Source of the DNA: Sphyrna mokarran
Lineage: Eukaryota
Direction: 5' to 3'
Length of the DNA stretch: 64,000 nucleotides
NCBI GenBank assembly: GCA_024679065.1
Contig: JAGIQG010000008.1
Location: forward strand, 69,750,001-69,814,000
The notes under the pieces were generated by a model. It was not told the DNA's origin. It made no database searches and was given only the letters and a program-made list of their open reading frames with translations. Shown here piece by piece: positions 38,730-51,720 of the stretch; within the stretch, counting starts at the first letter, position 1, and each line of letters starts with the position of its first letter. The translations under genes and the position numbers were made by a program.

Positions 38730-39400
38730 TGCATGAATTTCAGAAAGTTAGTTTGCAAGTGCAGCAATAAGGAAGATAGATTTCATCGCTAATGGAATAG
38801 AGTATAAAAGTAGTGAAGTGCCGTTACAACTGTATAGAGCATTGGTGCAATAGCCTCTGGTGTACTGCACACAGTTTTGGTCCCCTTACTTGAGGAAGGA
38901 TGTAAATGCATTAGAGGAAGGTCAGAGAAGGTTAAAGATTGATTTCAGGGATGAAGAACTTATTTTATAAAGAGAGATTGAGATTTAAGCCAATACTCGC
39001 TGGAGTTTAGAAAAGTGAAAAGATCTAATCGAGGTACATGGAATGCTAAAGGGGATTGACAGAGTAGGTGTAGAGCAGATGTTTCTCCTTGTTGGGCATT
39101 GTAAAACAAGAGGCCATAGTTTTAGGCTAAGGAGTGGCAGATTTAAAACACAAATGAGGAGGAATTACTTCACTCAGAGGGTTGAGAATCTGTGGAATTT
39201 TCTACCCCAGAGTGCAGTGGATGCTGGAACACTAAATAGATTTGAGGAGGAAATAGATAGGTTTTTAATAGTAATGGGACAGAGGGTTATGGGGAATGAG
39301 CAGGAAGTGGAGATGAGGCCAAAATGAGATCAGCCACGATCATATTAAATGGCTGAGCAGCCTCGGGACTGAATTGCCTACTAGTGCTCCTAGATCTTAC
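38730..39400 (+). mobile_element. CR1 3' fragment
   Basis: KTRGHSFRLRSGRFKTQMRRNYFTQRVENLWNFLP. Confidence 0.9.
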
Positions 39401-39439
39401 GTTCTACTTCTGTGATCTCTTCCAGTCTTTCATCTGCTC

Positions 39440-39860
39440 GCATCAAATGCTAACCTGCTGTCTGATATTAATTGCTTCCACATTAGTGGCTGTCCCTTCA
39501 GCTTGCCTAGGTTCTAAGCTTTGGAATTCCCTCTCTAAACATGTTGGGTTCTCTATCTCACTGTCCTCCTTTAAGATATTCTTTAAGGCCTAACTCTCTG
39601 ACCAAACCTTTCCACATCAGCCTTGAAATCATTTTATGTCACTTGGCTTTATTTTTTTTATATAATGCTCCTGTGAAGCACCTTGAGATGCTTTCATACA
39701 TTAAAAGATGCTATATAAACTATTAAAACTTACCTGTCACCAGCCCTAATACCTCTTTATGTAGCTCGATACCAAATATTTCTTGAAAACACTCCAGCGC
39801 GGTGCCTTCAGGCAGTTTACTTTGGCAAAGATGCTGCATAAACACTAGGTGCTGTTGTAA
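39440..39860 (+). mobile_element. L2-type LINE 3' end, with partly duplicated tail
   Basis: LWNSL motif followed by the tail GTGAAGCACCTTGAGATG..GATGCTATATAAA. Confidence 0.65.
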
Positions 39861-39924
39861 TTAAAGTTTATGGGTTTATGACTCCTCGACAAGGACACTG
39901 GTTACAAGTTCAAATACTTGGTTA

Positions 39925-40718
39925 TTGAAGGTACTGGGATACAGTAAGAGAGTGGATACTGGAGGTACAGGGACACAGTGAGGAAGTGAATATTAGAGAT
40001 ATTGGGACAGTGAGGGAATTAATATTGAAGATACAGGGACACACAGAGTGGATATTGGAGATACAGGGACAGAGTGAGGGAATGGATATTGGAGGGTACA
40101 AGGACACAGTGAGGGAGTGGATATTGGAGATACAGAGACACAGTGAGGGAGTGGATATTGGAGCTACAGGGACACAGTGAGGGAGTGGATATTGGAGCTA
40201 CAGGGACAGTGAGGGAGTGAATATTGGAGGGTACAAGGACATTGAAGATACTGGACACAGTGAGGGAGTAGGTATTGGAGATACTGGGCCACAGTGAGAG
40301 AGTGGATATTGGAGGGTACAGGAACACACAGAGTGGATTTTGGAGGGTACAGGGACACAGTGAGGGAGTGGATATAGGAGGGTACAGGGATACAGTAAGG
40401 GAGTGGATATTGAAGGGTACAGGGACACAGTGAGGAGTGGATATTGGAGGGTACAGGGACACAGTGAGGGAGTGGATATTGGAGGTACAGGGACACAGTG
40501 AGGGAGTGGATATTGGAGGGTACAGGGACATAGTGAGAGGATGGATATTGAAGGTACTGGACACAGTGAGGGAGTAGATATTGGAGATACTGGGCCACAG
40601 TGAGAGAGCGGGTATTGGAGGGTACAGAGACACAGAGAGAGCGGGTATTGGAGGGTACAGGGACACAGAGCGGATGTTGGAGGTACAGGAACACACAGAG
40701 TGGATTTGGGAGGTACAG
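39925..40718. repeat. Minisatellite, about 35-bp unit, roughly 23 copies
   Basis: Consensus GGATATTGGAGGGTACAGGGACACAGTGAGGGAGT, with shorter variants. Confidence 0.95.
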
Positions 40719-41689
40719 AGACATTTTTTTATCAGATGACAAATTTAATATCAGATCTGTTCAAAGAAAATGAATACAACACTGATGTTAGAGTGCAGGT
40801 CATGCACTGTCTCCTGATGGCCCTGTTAGATTTCACATGTTTGGTGCAAGACTCACTCAACTCAATTTCAAAATGTAACCTCCTTACTCCCTGCCACTCT
40901 GCATCACATATAGGAAAGCATGAGTGCTGTATACAATAAAATTGGCATGTGAGGATTTGACAGCATCTTGTAACTGAAGAGCAATTGCAGCAAGAAAAGA
41001 TAAACCCTTCCTTGACATGTCTTGCTCTGAAAAATAAACAAAGCTCCAGATTTTTCACTAAGTTCATAAATGTGTCATTTGCTCTGATCCTGAATCTCAT
41101 TCTGACATTGACAGCTCTGCAATGCCAATTACTTTATTAAAGAAGAAAACTCTCAAGAGGAAAGGATTTTCAAAGGTGAGTGCTTCCCCTAGACTTCTCA
41201 TGTTAGATTTTTTTTAAATCTTTTGCTTCAATCTTAACTACAAAGATTAAAAAGCTCCTGAACTGAGGCCAGGCACCTTCAATCAGGAACAGAGAAACAG
41301 ACACAACCATTGGCAGCTTCTTGTTGTATACCTGTGCATTGTTAGCTCAGAAGTGTTTCTTCCATTGACTGATTGGTTAAATGTACTGTCCGTGGTTCCA
41401 CTAAACTGGATGAAGCAGATAACCCCAGGCTAAATCATTCGTCCTTTTCCTTAATTGATCTAGAATATGGCTGGAGTGTCGAACATCCCATCAAAATTAG
41501 CCCAAAACCATCAGTATTTGTATTCCTCATTACAGGGTTCCTATATTGCAACAGTAAGTACACTCCAAAAGTATTTCATTAGCTGTTTAAGGATATCCTG
41601 TGGATGAAAGAGGTGCCTTATAAATGGAAGGCTTTCTTTCATCTCTACCCAACAATATTGTGAGGAACATCCACAGGTACGATCTTTCA

Positions 41690-42458
41690 GATCTTTTAAA
41701 TGGTAAAAAATTGCACCATGCTGCTGTGCAGAGGGACCTGGGTGTCCTCATGCAAGAATCACAAGGAGTTGGTTTACAGGTGCAGCAAGTAATTAAGAAG
41801 ACAAATAGAATTTTGTCATTCATTGCTAGAGGAATGGCGTTTAAAAATAGTGAGGTTATGTTGCAGCTGTAAAAGGTGCTGGTGAGGCCACATCTGGAGT
41901 ACTGTGTACAGTTTTGGCCTGCTTACTTGAGAAAGGATGCGCTGACACTGGAGGGAGTGCAGAGGAGATTCAGTAGGTTGATTCCGGAGTTGAGAGGGTT
42001 GGCTTATGAGGAGAGACTGAGTAGACTGGGTTATACTCATTGGAATTAAGAATGAGGGGAGATCTTATGGAAACATAAGATTATGAAGGGATTAAATAAG
42101 ATAGAAACAGGGAAGTTGTTTCCACTGGTGGGTGAAACTAAAACTAGGGAGCATGACCTCAAAATAAGGGGAAGCAGATTTAGGACAGAGTTGAGGAGGA
42201 ATTTCTTCACACAAAGGCTTGTGAATCTATGGAAGTCCTGTCCAGTGAAGCAGTTGAGGCTACCTCATTGAATATTTTTAAGACAAGGATAGATAAATTT
42301 TTGAACAGTAAAGGAATTAAGGGTTTTGGTGAACGGGCGGGTAAATGGAGCTCAGCCCACAAAAAGATCAGCCATGATCTTATTGAATGGTGGAGCAGGC
42401 TCAAGGAGCCGGATGGCCTACCTCTGTTCCTAGTTCTTATTTTCTTATGTTCTTCACA
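41690..42458 (+). mobile_element. CR1 3' fragment
   Basis: VQRDLGVL..QVQQVIKK, RPHLEYCVQFW and RRNFFTQRLVNLW, with tail TTCTTATGTTCTT. Confidence 0.9.
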
Positions 42459-43239
42459 TTGATGGGAGTACTTACTCTTGCCAGCAGCATATCCCGCCAT
42501 GTGTTTCCTGGCAGATTGGGCAGAATCAGTGGGAATTCCATTACAACAGGAGATTCCACCATCAGCCAGTAGCACACCATCTCCCCTCATTGAGAAAATG
42601 CCACAAGGAAGCCAGAGAATGCCTAGCACATGAGTATTCACACTACTTGAAGATAAAATCAGCTTTGACTGTACTTCCCTCTGTGGTAGAGGACCAGTGA
42701 AGTCACTGTCTAGGATGACGGATAACAAATGACCAATTGAGTGAGGTGTTGGATGGTTGTCAATATTTGTAGAACTTTACCCCAAAAAGAATCATTTTGC
42801 TAAAACAGGGAAAACAGATAGAAAATAGTTGCTGCAATAACAAGACGTGTCTGTTTGAAAGTCTAAATTTAAAACAAAATTTAGACCCTATTTGTTGACA
42901 ACCATAATTTGAACTTGCTAAGATCTTAAAACATGATTTAGCATTAAATTGCTGATTAGAGACAAGATGCTTATGATCAAACATCTCCCCGCTTGCTCTA
43001 CGTGGCTCTTTTTATAAGGCGTTTAGTCATGCGGAGTATCTCGGCACTAACTCTTTTTTTTCCTTTTTTGTGTAGTCCTCCAAGTTTCCCAAATGAATTT
43101 TGTTTAAGCATTAGTAAAGGCTTGAGAAAGTGCTCAAAGTCTCCTAATGTGTTTAAGAGATGCTTGTTACAGCTCCAGGTGCAAGTGAATGGTAAAAAAT
43201 GAAAAGCACTCAACATCCTCTGCGGCAACATATTTATTT

Positions 43240-43935
43240 CCAATCAGATGGACTCAGTTAAGGACTGCCTATAGCGAGTAAAGATTGGAAACAGATAAGA
43301 ATTCCTTGCATGTGTTCAGGAGAATTTCCTACAGCAATACGTTTCCAGTCCAATAAGAAAGGAGTCATTGCTTAATCTGCTTCTTGGAAATGAGGTAGAC
43401 CAAGTGGATTAAGTGTTAGTCTGAGAACAGGAGACTGCGTATCATAAGACTTAGGCTGGCTATAGAAATGGACAGGAGTAATCCAGAATAAAAACAATTA
43501 ATTGAGGAAAAAACAACTTAAAAGCGGTAAGAATGGATCTGACTCAGATAAATTGGAATCAAAGATTAGCAAGCAAAACTTTAACTAAACAGTGGACTGC
43601 CTTTAAGAAGGGAGAGTTCAGTATAGTTGAATGATATTCCCACGGAAAAGAAAGGTAAAGCAAACAAATCCAGAGCCCTTGAGTGACAAAAGAGATTAAG
43701 ATGAAGAAGAAAATGTGTGCCAATTTTCAGATATCAGATGTGTAATATAAGTAAGGACTAGGCTGAGTATTGAAGATTCACAAGAGAAATAATATAAGAG
43801 AATCAAATAAGAGAAGCAAAGAGAAAGTATGAAAACTGGCAGCTAACAGAGAAGAGAATCCAAAAGACTTCAATCAACATGTAAATAGTTGAAGGGTGGT
43901 TATAGGAGGAGCGGGGCTGATTAAAGACCATTCTT
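43240..43935 (+). mobile_element. CR1 EN-RT linker fragment
   Basis: FLACVQENFLQQYVSSPIRK..LNLLLGNE and ENPKDF. Confidence 0.8.
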
Positions 43936-44689
43936 GGAACAAGCTTCGACTCCTTTACCCATCTTGCACCAAATTTGGGCTAAATTATTGTTTCAGCTTG
44001 ATCATCTCAGAAACTCTTTAATGCGAAATTGTCTCAAAATAATCCCCCCCTGCAAAACCTTCAGGAGACAAAGAGTGAAAGCTAGGGAAGTCAGAAGAAG
44101 ATGTGGGGCTGGAGAAAAAATAGATACCTTGTAATAAATTATGAATGAATCAGGTCTTAAACTTAGCAGTTAGACTTGAATGATGAGCTCATATCTTCAT
44201 TTGTCTGAAAATCCTTCCCCTGCTTTTTCAACCACAGCATTAACTGAATTCAAATAAATAAGTTAATGCCTCCAATACCATAGTGAATAAAACTACTGAG
44301 AAGTGCCTCACATGTTTGAACTTTAATTTCCAAGAATGTAATCTCAAGGCCTAATATCTCCTCAAATTGCAAGGAGAAATGTTTACTTTCTGTCTCAGTA
44401 CCATGTCCCTGAGGACATTCCCAGTTTAAACTACTCAGAGCTGTGCTGGAGAAACCAACCCAAATTTCCCTCTGCACACTTACTAATAATTAAAAACTGT
44501 GTGAACTAATAACATGTAGAGGGAAGACTTATATATACATCATTCATTTTCTTTGATTAATTAGTCATTTCATAATCAAACAAGGTATCCTTAATCATTG
44601 CCAATTTCCTATAATACGCACCACTCATCTATTAAAGTGAATGGTTTACGTTGTACAGTGTGCTGCTCTGTGCTATTGTTGTCAATATT

Positions 44690-44770
44690 ATGATTGCCAT
44701 AGCAATTCTTTGTAGTGATGAGTTGTCCCGATTGTCACTACAATTCCCTCGTAACTTGAAAGTGATAAAG
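44690..44770. promoter_or_regulatory. ZNF143/THAP11-type motif next to an X-box-like palindrome
   Basis: ACTACAATTCCC at 44737-44748, ATTGCCATAGCAAT at 44693-44706, and four CpG within about 150 bp. Confidence 0.35.
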
Positions 44771-45949
44771 GTGCATTTGCCATTCTTTAGTCCAGACAAT
44801 GCAAATTGTTTCAATCTAAATGTTCTCCATGAAGTACTTAAAATCCACCTTTCATTGTCTGTATAGTATTTGTCAGTATATATCAATTGTATAACTATTA
44901 TTTCATCATATAGAGAAAATATTGTCCTCTCTTATCCTATTTCCAAATCAAAAGCATTCTAGATCCCATGCTCTTCTTGTATAAAGAATATACTGAAATT
45001 AAATAATGTACTGTTTCCAATTTTCCATTACTACTGCTGTTAGTATAGAGAAGTGGAAGAAGTTGGGCAAAAATGCCTCCCAGCTTTTCCTTCACCCATC
45101 TCCCATGAGGAGTTAAGTGGTAATTGTTTTGTACCCACCCAGTCAGTACAGTTTCGATCAGAAGTTGGCAAGTGAGCAAACTGAACATTGAACAATATCC
45201 TATCTCTATGCCCAGTGCTTTAAATTTGGTTTCCATCAATATCATGTTGATAATTATCCAACATTCTTTTATTACTACTAATTCTTTTTTGTCTTTTTGC
45301 TTTCTTTTCTCCAAGAATGACTCTTCAGCTCTGCCCTAGTCTTTTGGTAAATTTTCCTGTTTTCTCTTTCCAGAGCAACTGCACCTTTTTGTAATTACAG
45401 CAATGCAATTTAAACTAACCTTTCAAGGATGGCCCCGATCAAAATAACAGGAGTATTTCTATAATCCATGGCCTACTACAGCCATGAGCCTTCCTCTCGC
45501 ACTTGTTCAATCCTTTGCCAAAGTTCAGAAATACTAAAGGTATCAATGTTCTAATGTATAATCTCAAAATGCAATAGACAGAATGAATAATAAATACAAA
45601 TGAACAAGAGGTGTACTATAGGAAATAGGCTAAGATTAAGGATACTGTATTTCATTATGAAATGACTAATTAATCAAAGAAATTAAATGGTGTATATAAT
45701 AGTCTTCCTCTATGTTATTAGCTCATGCAATTTTTAATTATTAATTTAAATTTTTTATTTTAAAGATAGATGATCCTTCCATTATCAACATTGTTGCTTT
45801 ATGAATTCAGCTGAGATCCACATGCTCATCACTCTTGTTCTTTCATTATCCCTCAGTCCGTAAACATAAGTTATGTCCCAAAGCACACAACTTCACTTGT
45901 GGACAATGACCTTTAAACTGGGACTTTCAATTGGCAAAGAAAGTTAGAC

Positions 45950-46790
45950 AGGCTGAATTTCAGAGCCAGGTAAAGTCTGGGTTTAATGAAATCATCAACA
46001 GTTTTATCAATATGACTAATTCTATTGATTTGTCCCTGCAAGGTTAACTGGCAGAATGATTCCTGACATGAGAACAGGTTGGTGATGTCTGGGCAGTTAA
46101 GGCAGGATTTTTCTATGGGCATTGGTACCTAGATGTTGGGATCCAGTGGCAGCTCTATGAAGCTATACTTGCCAGGAGCTTTCCTCCAGGGGGTAGCCTC
46201 CATTCTCATCTGCCTATTAAGGATGGTGGGCAGGTCACCAATTCTGCTAGCCCAGTCAGAGGGCTGGCTGCTCTCAGAACTGAGAGTGCCTCAAAATGGA
46301 AGTGACCTTGGAGGTACCTATTTAAACTAAAACTTCAAAGGACTAAAGCAAGCAAACCCCTCAGAGTGGCAGCATTTGACCTGCATGTGTGGACTTTGCA
46401 GCAAATGTTTCCCTCTTTGGGCAATGGAACCTCTCTGGACCCATTCCCAAGCTGCTAAAGGTGCTGGTGAGCCCTCTAAATCTCCCTTAGCTGTTAATGC
46501 TGGGAAATCTCAGCAAGTCTGACAGTATCTGTGAGGAGAGAATAGAGCTGCCAGACCTGCTGAGGTTTTCCAGCATTTTCTGTTTTTGTTTCAGATTCCA
46601 GCATCCACAGTAATTTGCTTTATCTTCCCTAACTGTTGCCTTAAATATTGTAGATTGGCTGCCATCCTAGAGAGGAAGAAAGACTGCACCTTGGTCAATC
46701 TCAATGATGTCATTGCGAATAAAACTTGCAGATTGAAAGAACACAAACAATTGTTTTCAGCTTGGAGCATGGAGTTGAGAAGATAGATTG
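45950..46790. mobile_element. Harbinger-like MITE containing a Penelope-type palindromic fragment (46498-46625)
   Basis: Starts with GGCTGAATTTC. The inner piece matches the repeat at 11430 in both orientations. Confidence 0.5.
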
Positions 46791-47249
46791 TCTATTTAAA
46801 ATACTTGACCTTTTAGTTCCTCAGCATTCAGGATAACTGAATAAAAGCAAGTTTGATATTTCCTAGTGTCTTTCTTTGACTGAATGTGTGTTATAGTCAG
46901 GACTGCCAGGTTCAATGTTCATTTTTTTTAACATGTTTCAGTATTAAAGGCCATTTGACAACCATATGCCAAGGTAGTGAACCTTTTCTGGTTCCCTTCT
47001 GTGAGCCAACTGTTTATTCTGCCTGTTTAGCATTTGGACCATTCTGTACATAATGCTATACTTTATTAATCACTCCAGGTTATAAATGAAGATGAGGACT
47101 TATTACTGGATCATCTTTCTTATACCTGACAGCTTTCTGCTTCTGGGAACTCTGTGTATTTTCCGGGCTATGTATGTAACACTGCTATTTTCCAACCATA
47201 GTTTTGTTTCACCATATCTGTATTTTCATTATAGCTTTTGGATGACTGG

Positions 47250-47990
47250 GGGAAAACCTGGCATATGGAGGAATCAAAAGGTAAATTATTATCTAAATGG
47301 AGAAAAACTGCAGGTTGGTGTAGTACAGAGGGATTTAGGTGTTCTAATACATTAATCACAAACAGTTAGCAGACAGCTCCAACATCGAGTTAAAAATACA
47401 AACAGCATTTTGGCCTTTATTGCAAAGGGGTTGGAGTTTAAAAATAGGAAGTTTTGTTGCAATTAATCAGGATGTAGGTGAGACCTCACCCAGAATACTA
47501 CATAGGATATAGTGGCTTTGGGGGCAGTCAAAGGAAAATTCACCAAACTAATTCCTGGAATGAGAATATTGTCCTATAAAGAAAGACTGGGTCTCTATTC
47601 CTTGGAGTTTAGAAGATAATTGATGACTTGATTCAAACGTGTGAGGGGGTTTAACAGGGTAAATAGTGAAATACTTTCACTCATGGGACAATCTCGAACA
47701 AGGGGACATAGCTACAAAATTAAGAGCCAGGCATTTAAAACTGAAGTGCTTAAAGATTTCTTCACATAAGGGAATTCTTATGCCCCAAAGGGAATTCTTA
47801 TGAGGCATAAGAAGCATTCAAAGTAGAGGTGGTTAAATATTTGATAGACCAACAAATGGAGTGCAATGTGCAAAAGTCTCAGAAAATGAGTTCAGGTCAA
47901 CATAGATCAGCCATGATCATATTGAATGGCAAGGCAGACTTGGAGGGTCTGGTGGATTACTTCTGCTTTTATTTCTTGTGTTCTTATAAA
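47250..47990 (+). mobile_element. CR1 3' fragment
   Basis: YYLNGEKLQVGVVQRDLGVLIH, RPHPEY and RTRGHSYKI. Confidence 0.85.
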
Positions 47991-48015
47991 GGTCCAGCAT
48001 AACTTCTTTGCTTTT

Positions 48016-51000
48016 TGTAGTAACTTGGTTCCATCTGTTATTAACGAACAAAGAATATTATTAATAGTAACAAGTATATACAAAGCAATGCTCAGTCATG
48101 CCTCCAGGAGGATCTAACTGCTTGGGCAAGCCCAGAAATGTTGGAATGAAGCCTCAATTTGGTTCCCGGTTGGTCATGTGACTCTGTCAGTAGATTTAAA
48201 GTGGCCAAACATTGCTTCCCCTCTAACTTCCTTCATTCACATAATAATAGTTATAGTCCTCATAATTCACAACAGCAAACAATCAGTCCATCAAAAATGT
48301 GGACTCTCTGGTGGCTTCCGCTTCCTCATAGAGCAGCACAATTCCACCAACTGGAATGACTCTGTTGGAGTACTTTCTGTAGAAACTATTGCACATGATC
48401 TGCTGTATTGGAGACCAAGTTGCAGTTCCTGGCTTCAATCACTTCTGTTTCAATTTGTATAATACTCTCACCTGTCTCAGGCTGAGTAGGCATTTCATTT
48501 CTTGGGCAACCAACAATACTGCCAAATGGCAACAATGAATCTGGCTGTAACATTGGCTGTTGAGACAACTCTCACTCTTGCAAATGATCAACATGTTTCC
48601 CCAAAATCCAGTCTTGCACTTCCACCTCATGATAACATGTTGGCCACCAAAATTCCAGGGACCCAACTTGGACCATTCCTGAAGTTCCTTATGTAACCTT
48701 GATCATCTATTTCAAATGATCTTGAATCTTTAATCCAATCATGGTTCTTCTTTCGGTTTCACTGTCCTGCCTCTGCCCTCCCCGTTAAATTTGGAAATTC
48801 CAGACTTAACCTGGTTCTTGGATGTCGATCCATGAATAGTTCTGCTAGAGATGTACTGTTGGCTGAATATAGGGTAGTCCTGTATGCCAAGAGGAATCAG
48901 GCTATTTTAGTTTCCAAAGACGCAGGTGATTGTTTCTTCAAACTAGCTTTGAAAGTATGCACTTCCCGCTCAGTAATTCCGTTTGAAAAGGGATGATAAG
49001 GTGCAGTTCTGATTTACTTTATCCCATTGGAAAACATGAGATCTTGAAATTTGGCATTTATAAAAACTGTGCCATTATTTGAAACGAGCATTTGTGGAAG
49101 TCCATGGAATGCAAAGCACTGGCAAAGTTTTTCAATGTGGAATGTACAATTATGGATCTCATCTCAAATCCCTCCATCATTTTGGATTAGGCATCCACCA
49201 ACAGGAGGAACATTGTATCAAAAGATGGTCTCGCATGGTCTATGTGGATTCACACCTTTGGCCGACTTGGCCATTCTCAGGGATACAAAGCTGCCATGGT
49301 AACAACTTTTGCTGTACCTGACACTGATCACAGTGCTTTACCATTTTCTCGATATTGGTATCAATGCCTGGCCACCAAATATAGCATATCACAAACAGTT
49401 TCATTTTTGATATGCCTGGGTGAGCACTGTGCAACTCTGCAAGAAGCAGTTCCCTTCCTTGCATGTGGACAACCACCCTCGGTCCCTACAGGATAATACC
49501 ATCCTCACAACTTAGCTCATTCTTCCTAATATGATGTGGTTTCATGTCTTTGGAAGTCATTTCATTCTGCCAGCCTACTAATATCTTATTTCTGATCTTT
49601 GATAACAGTGGGTGTCTGCTGGCCCAAAATCTTATTTGCTATGCCAAGACAGGCAAGGTTTCCAGGAAATTATTTACATTGTGATCTCTTGCAGCAGTAG
49701 TGGGGGTAGGGTGGCATTATTGGCTATTTGTATCTCTGGCTGATTTGTATTCATAGGCTGATAAGGTCAGTGCCTAGTGCTACATCCTGGCCAGTGCAGT
49801 CGGCAGAATGGCTTTATTCTTCTTGAAAAGACCCAACAGTAGCTTGTGGCCTGTAATGACTATAAAATGTCTCTTGCAGATATATTGGTAGAATTTTCTC
49901 AGCACGGACAACTCATCTTTTTTTATCTGTGAGTAGCCCTTCTCAGCTTCAGAAAGATTCTTGACACATTTGCAATTGGTTTCTCAAACTCATCATCCAT
50001 TTTGTGACATAAGATTGCCCTAATGCCATATGGGAAGATGTCACATGTTAGCACCAACTTCTTAGGTGGGTCAAAATGTGTGAAAAGGGGACATGAATGC
50101 AATAGCTGTTTGACTTTGTTAAATGCATCTCGATGTTGTGTTTTACAAAGCCATTGCTGGTGTTTTTTCAATAAAACATGTAAAGGAACGAATGGTATTG
50201 ACAGCTTTGGAGAGAACCATCTGTTATAGTTAAACATCCCCAGAAATGATTCAAGCTCTGAAGTGTCTGTAGGGATCAGTGCCTCCTTTACTGCTCTTAC
50301 TTTGTTCTCCATATGATGCAATCTGTGGACATTGACACCATAGCAGAGATGAGCAACTTCTTTGGCTTGAAATGTGCACTTTTCATTTTTTAGGCGAACT
50401 CCAGTCTCCTGAAATCTTTTCAGTTCCTTTTCTAGATTAGCCAAATGTTATTCTTCGGGTGCACCAGTAGTCAATATCATCCAAATATACAAAGACACAT
50501 GGCAAGCCCTGCATTAAGCTCTCCAAGGTTCTTTGTAATATGGCACATGCTGATGAAACAGAAAAGAGCAAGCGTGTATACTCATATAATCCTTTATTGG
50601 TGTTAATAATCATACAGCATCTGGAAGCATCATCCAGCTGCAACTGTTGATAAGCATAACTTATACTTAATTTGGTTTATGATTATCCTCCAGACAGTCT
50701 AACATACAAATCCTTTATATGGTATTTGTGTAGCTTTGCAGCCTGGTTTACTGTTAATTTATAATCTCCACTATTTTATCTGGTTTTATGCAGGCACTAT
50801 GGTGGCTGCTCTTTCTGCAGTTGGATGAACCAGTTGGATGAAATTCTTCCAGCCTTTTTTTTTAGCTCAATCTCACCTTTCTCCAACAAAGCATGGAGCA
50901 CAGCACTGAAAGATTTTGGGGTAGCTTCTAGGTCTGTGCAAATTATTGCTTTTATGTTTTTAATTTTCCTAAGTTCACCCTGAAAAATATCCTGATACTT

Positions 51001-51720
51001 CAGAAAGATTCTTGACACGAATGCAATTGGTTTCTCGGACTCATTGTCCATTTTGTAAGATAAAATTGCCCTAATGCCATATGGGAAGGTCGCCTCCTTT
51101 CATGTTGAAAATTTCTAACCAGTTGAGCTTAATTTCTTGGAGCCAGTCATGGCCCATCGAGCTTGGTCCTTGTCTAGACACCATGATTTAATGTAAATTG
51201 GATGGATTGTGTCCATAGCTCATGGGTATCCCTATGATTTCAATGGCCTCCACCCGTGTAGGTGACTAATCCAGTTGAGGTGTTTCTCAACCTCAGAGTT
51301 CAAAACCCTTCTCAAAGATTCCTATAGGTCTGCTCCCCCACTATTCTTAATGATCTGCTGTTGACCAATAATACCACTGTAATTGGGGCGATCATTTTCA
51401 CATTATCCATCTGAAGAACATTCCAATCACTCAGAAAAATCTTCAACACGTACCTAATATTCAGCAAAGGAGTCAGAGATCCATTCTTCCAGATACATGC
51501 ATCCATGCACTTTGTTTTTTACTTCACAAGCTTGACTTCCACTGGACCAGTTACAATGTTGACAGTGTTGTAAGCATACTTGCTGTTTTTTACGTTGTTA
51601 CCAAATGTGGTAACTTGGCTCCACTGATTAAGCATATTTAATCACTGCAACAACTATATACAGAGTAATGCAGATTCAATCCTTACAATACTTCCTCCAG
51701 GCTCTAATTGCTGTGACAAG
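48016..51720 (-). mobile_element. Gypsy/Ty3 LTR retrotransposon, decayed pol with PPT and 3' LTR (48016-48211); 5' end missing
   Basis: RT (INTNKGLYEYTRL.F.VSSA, YLDDI), RNase H (LTCD..PYGI.AIL..EKPIA..SR), integrase zinc finger (LHSAHPGISKMK..WWPGID..C..CQ) and core (TAPYHP.SNG). A purine tract AGAGGGGAAG precedes a TG..CA LTR. Confidence 0.92.

Noticed and set aside
39925-40718. Repeated CACAGTG, suggesting V(D)J recombination signal sequences or a CRISPR-like array
   Set aside because: There is no ACAAAAACC-like nonamer at 12 or 23 bp, no V/D/J segments and no unique spacers. It is a plain tandem repeat.
40019-40742. 225-aa and 192-aa ORFs
   Set aside because: They are by-products of a stop-poor 35-bp unit whose length is not a multiple of three.
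41464-41553. 90-nt exon with gtaagt donor, open in two frames
   Set aside because: The donor lies in a Deu-SINE/L2-type tail (41535-41640) and the acceptor in an old SINE-like head, so it is not evidence of an ancient coding exon.
44937-45314. 125-aa minus-strand ORF
   Set aside because: It starts in the complement of a pyrimidine tract with a non-ATG codon and has no recognisable domain. Its length is within chance expectation.
47079-47171. Selenoprotein exon (in-frame TGA)
   Set aside because: There is no redox-motif context and no SECIS was identified. Mutation or chance is simpler.
49290-49303. X-box-like GCTGCCATGGTAAC
   Set aside because: It lies within Gypsy integrase coding sequence and has no CpG or promoter context.
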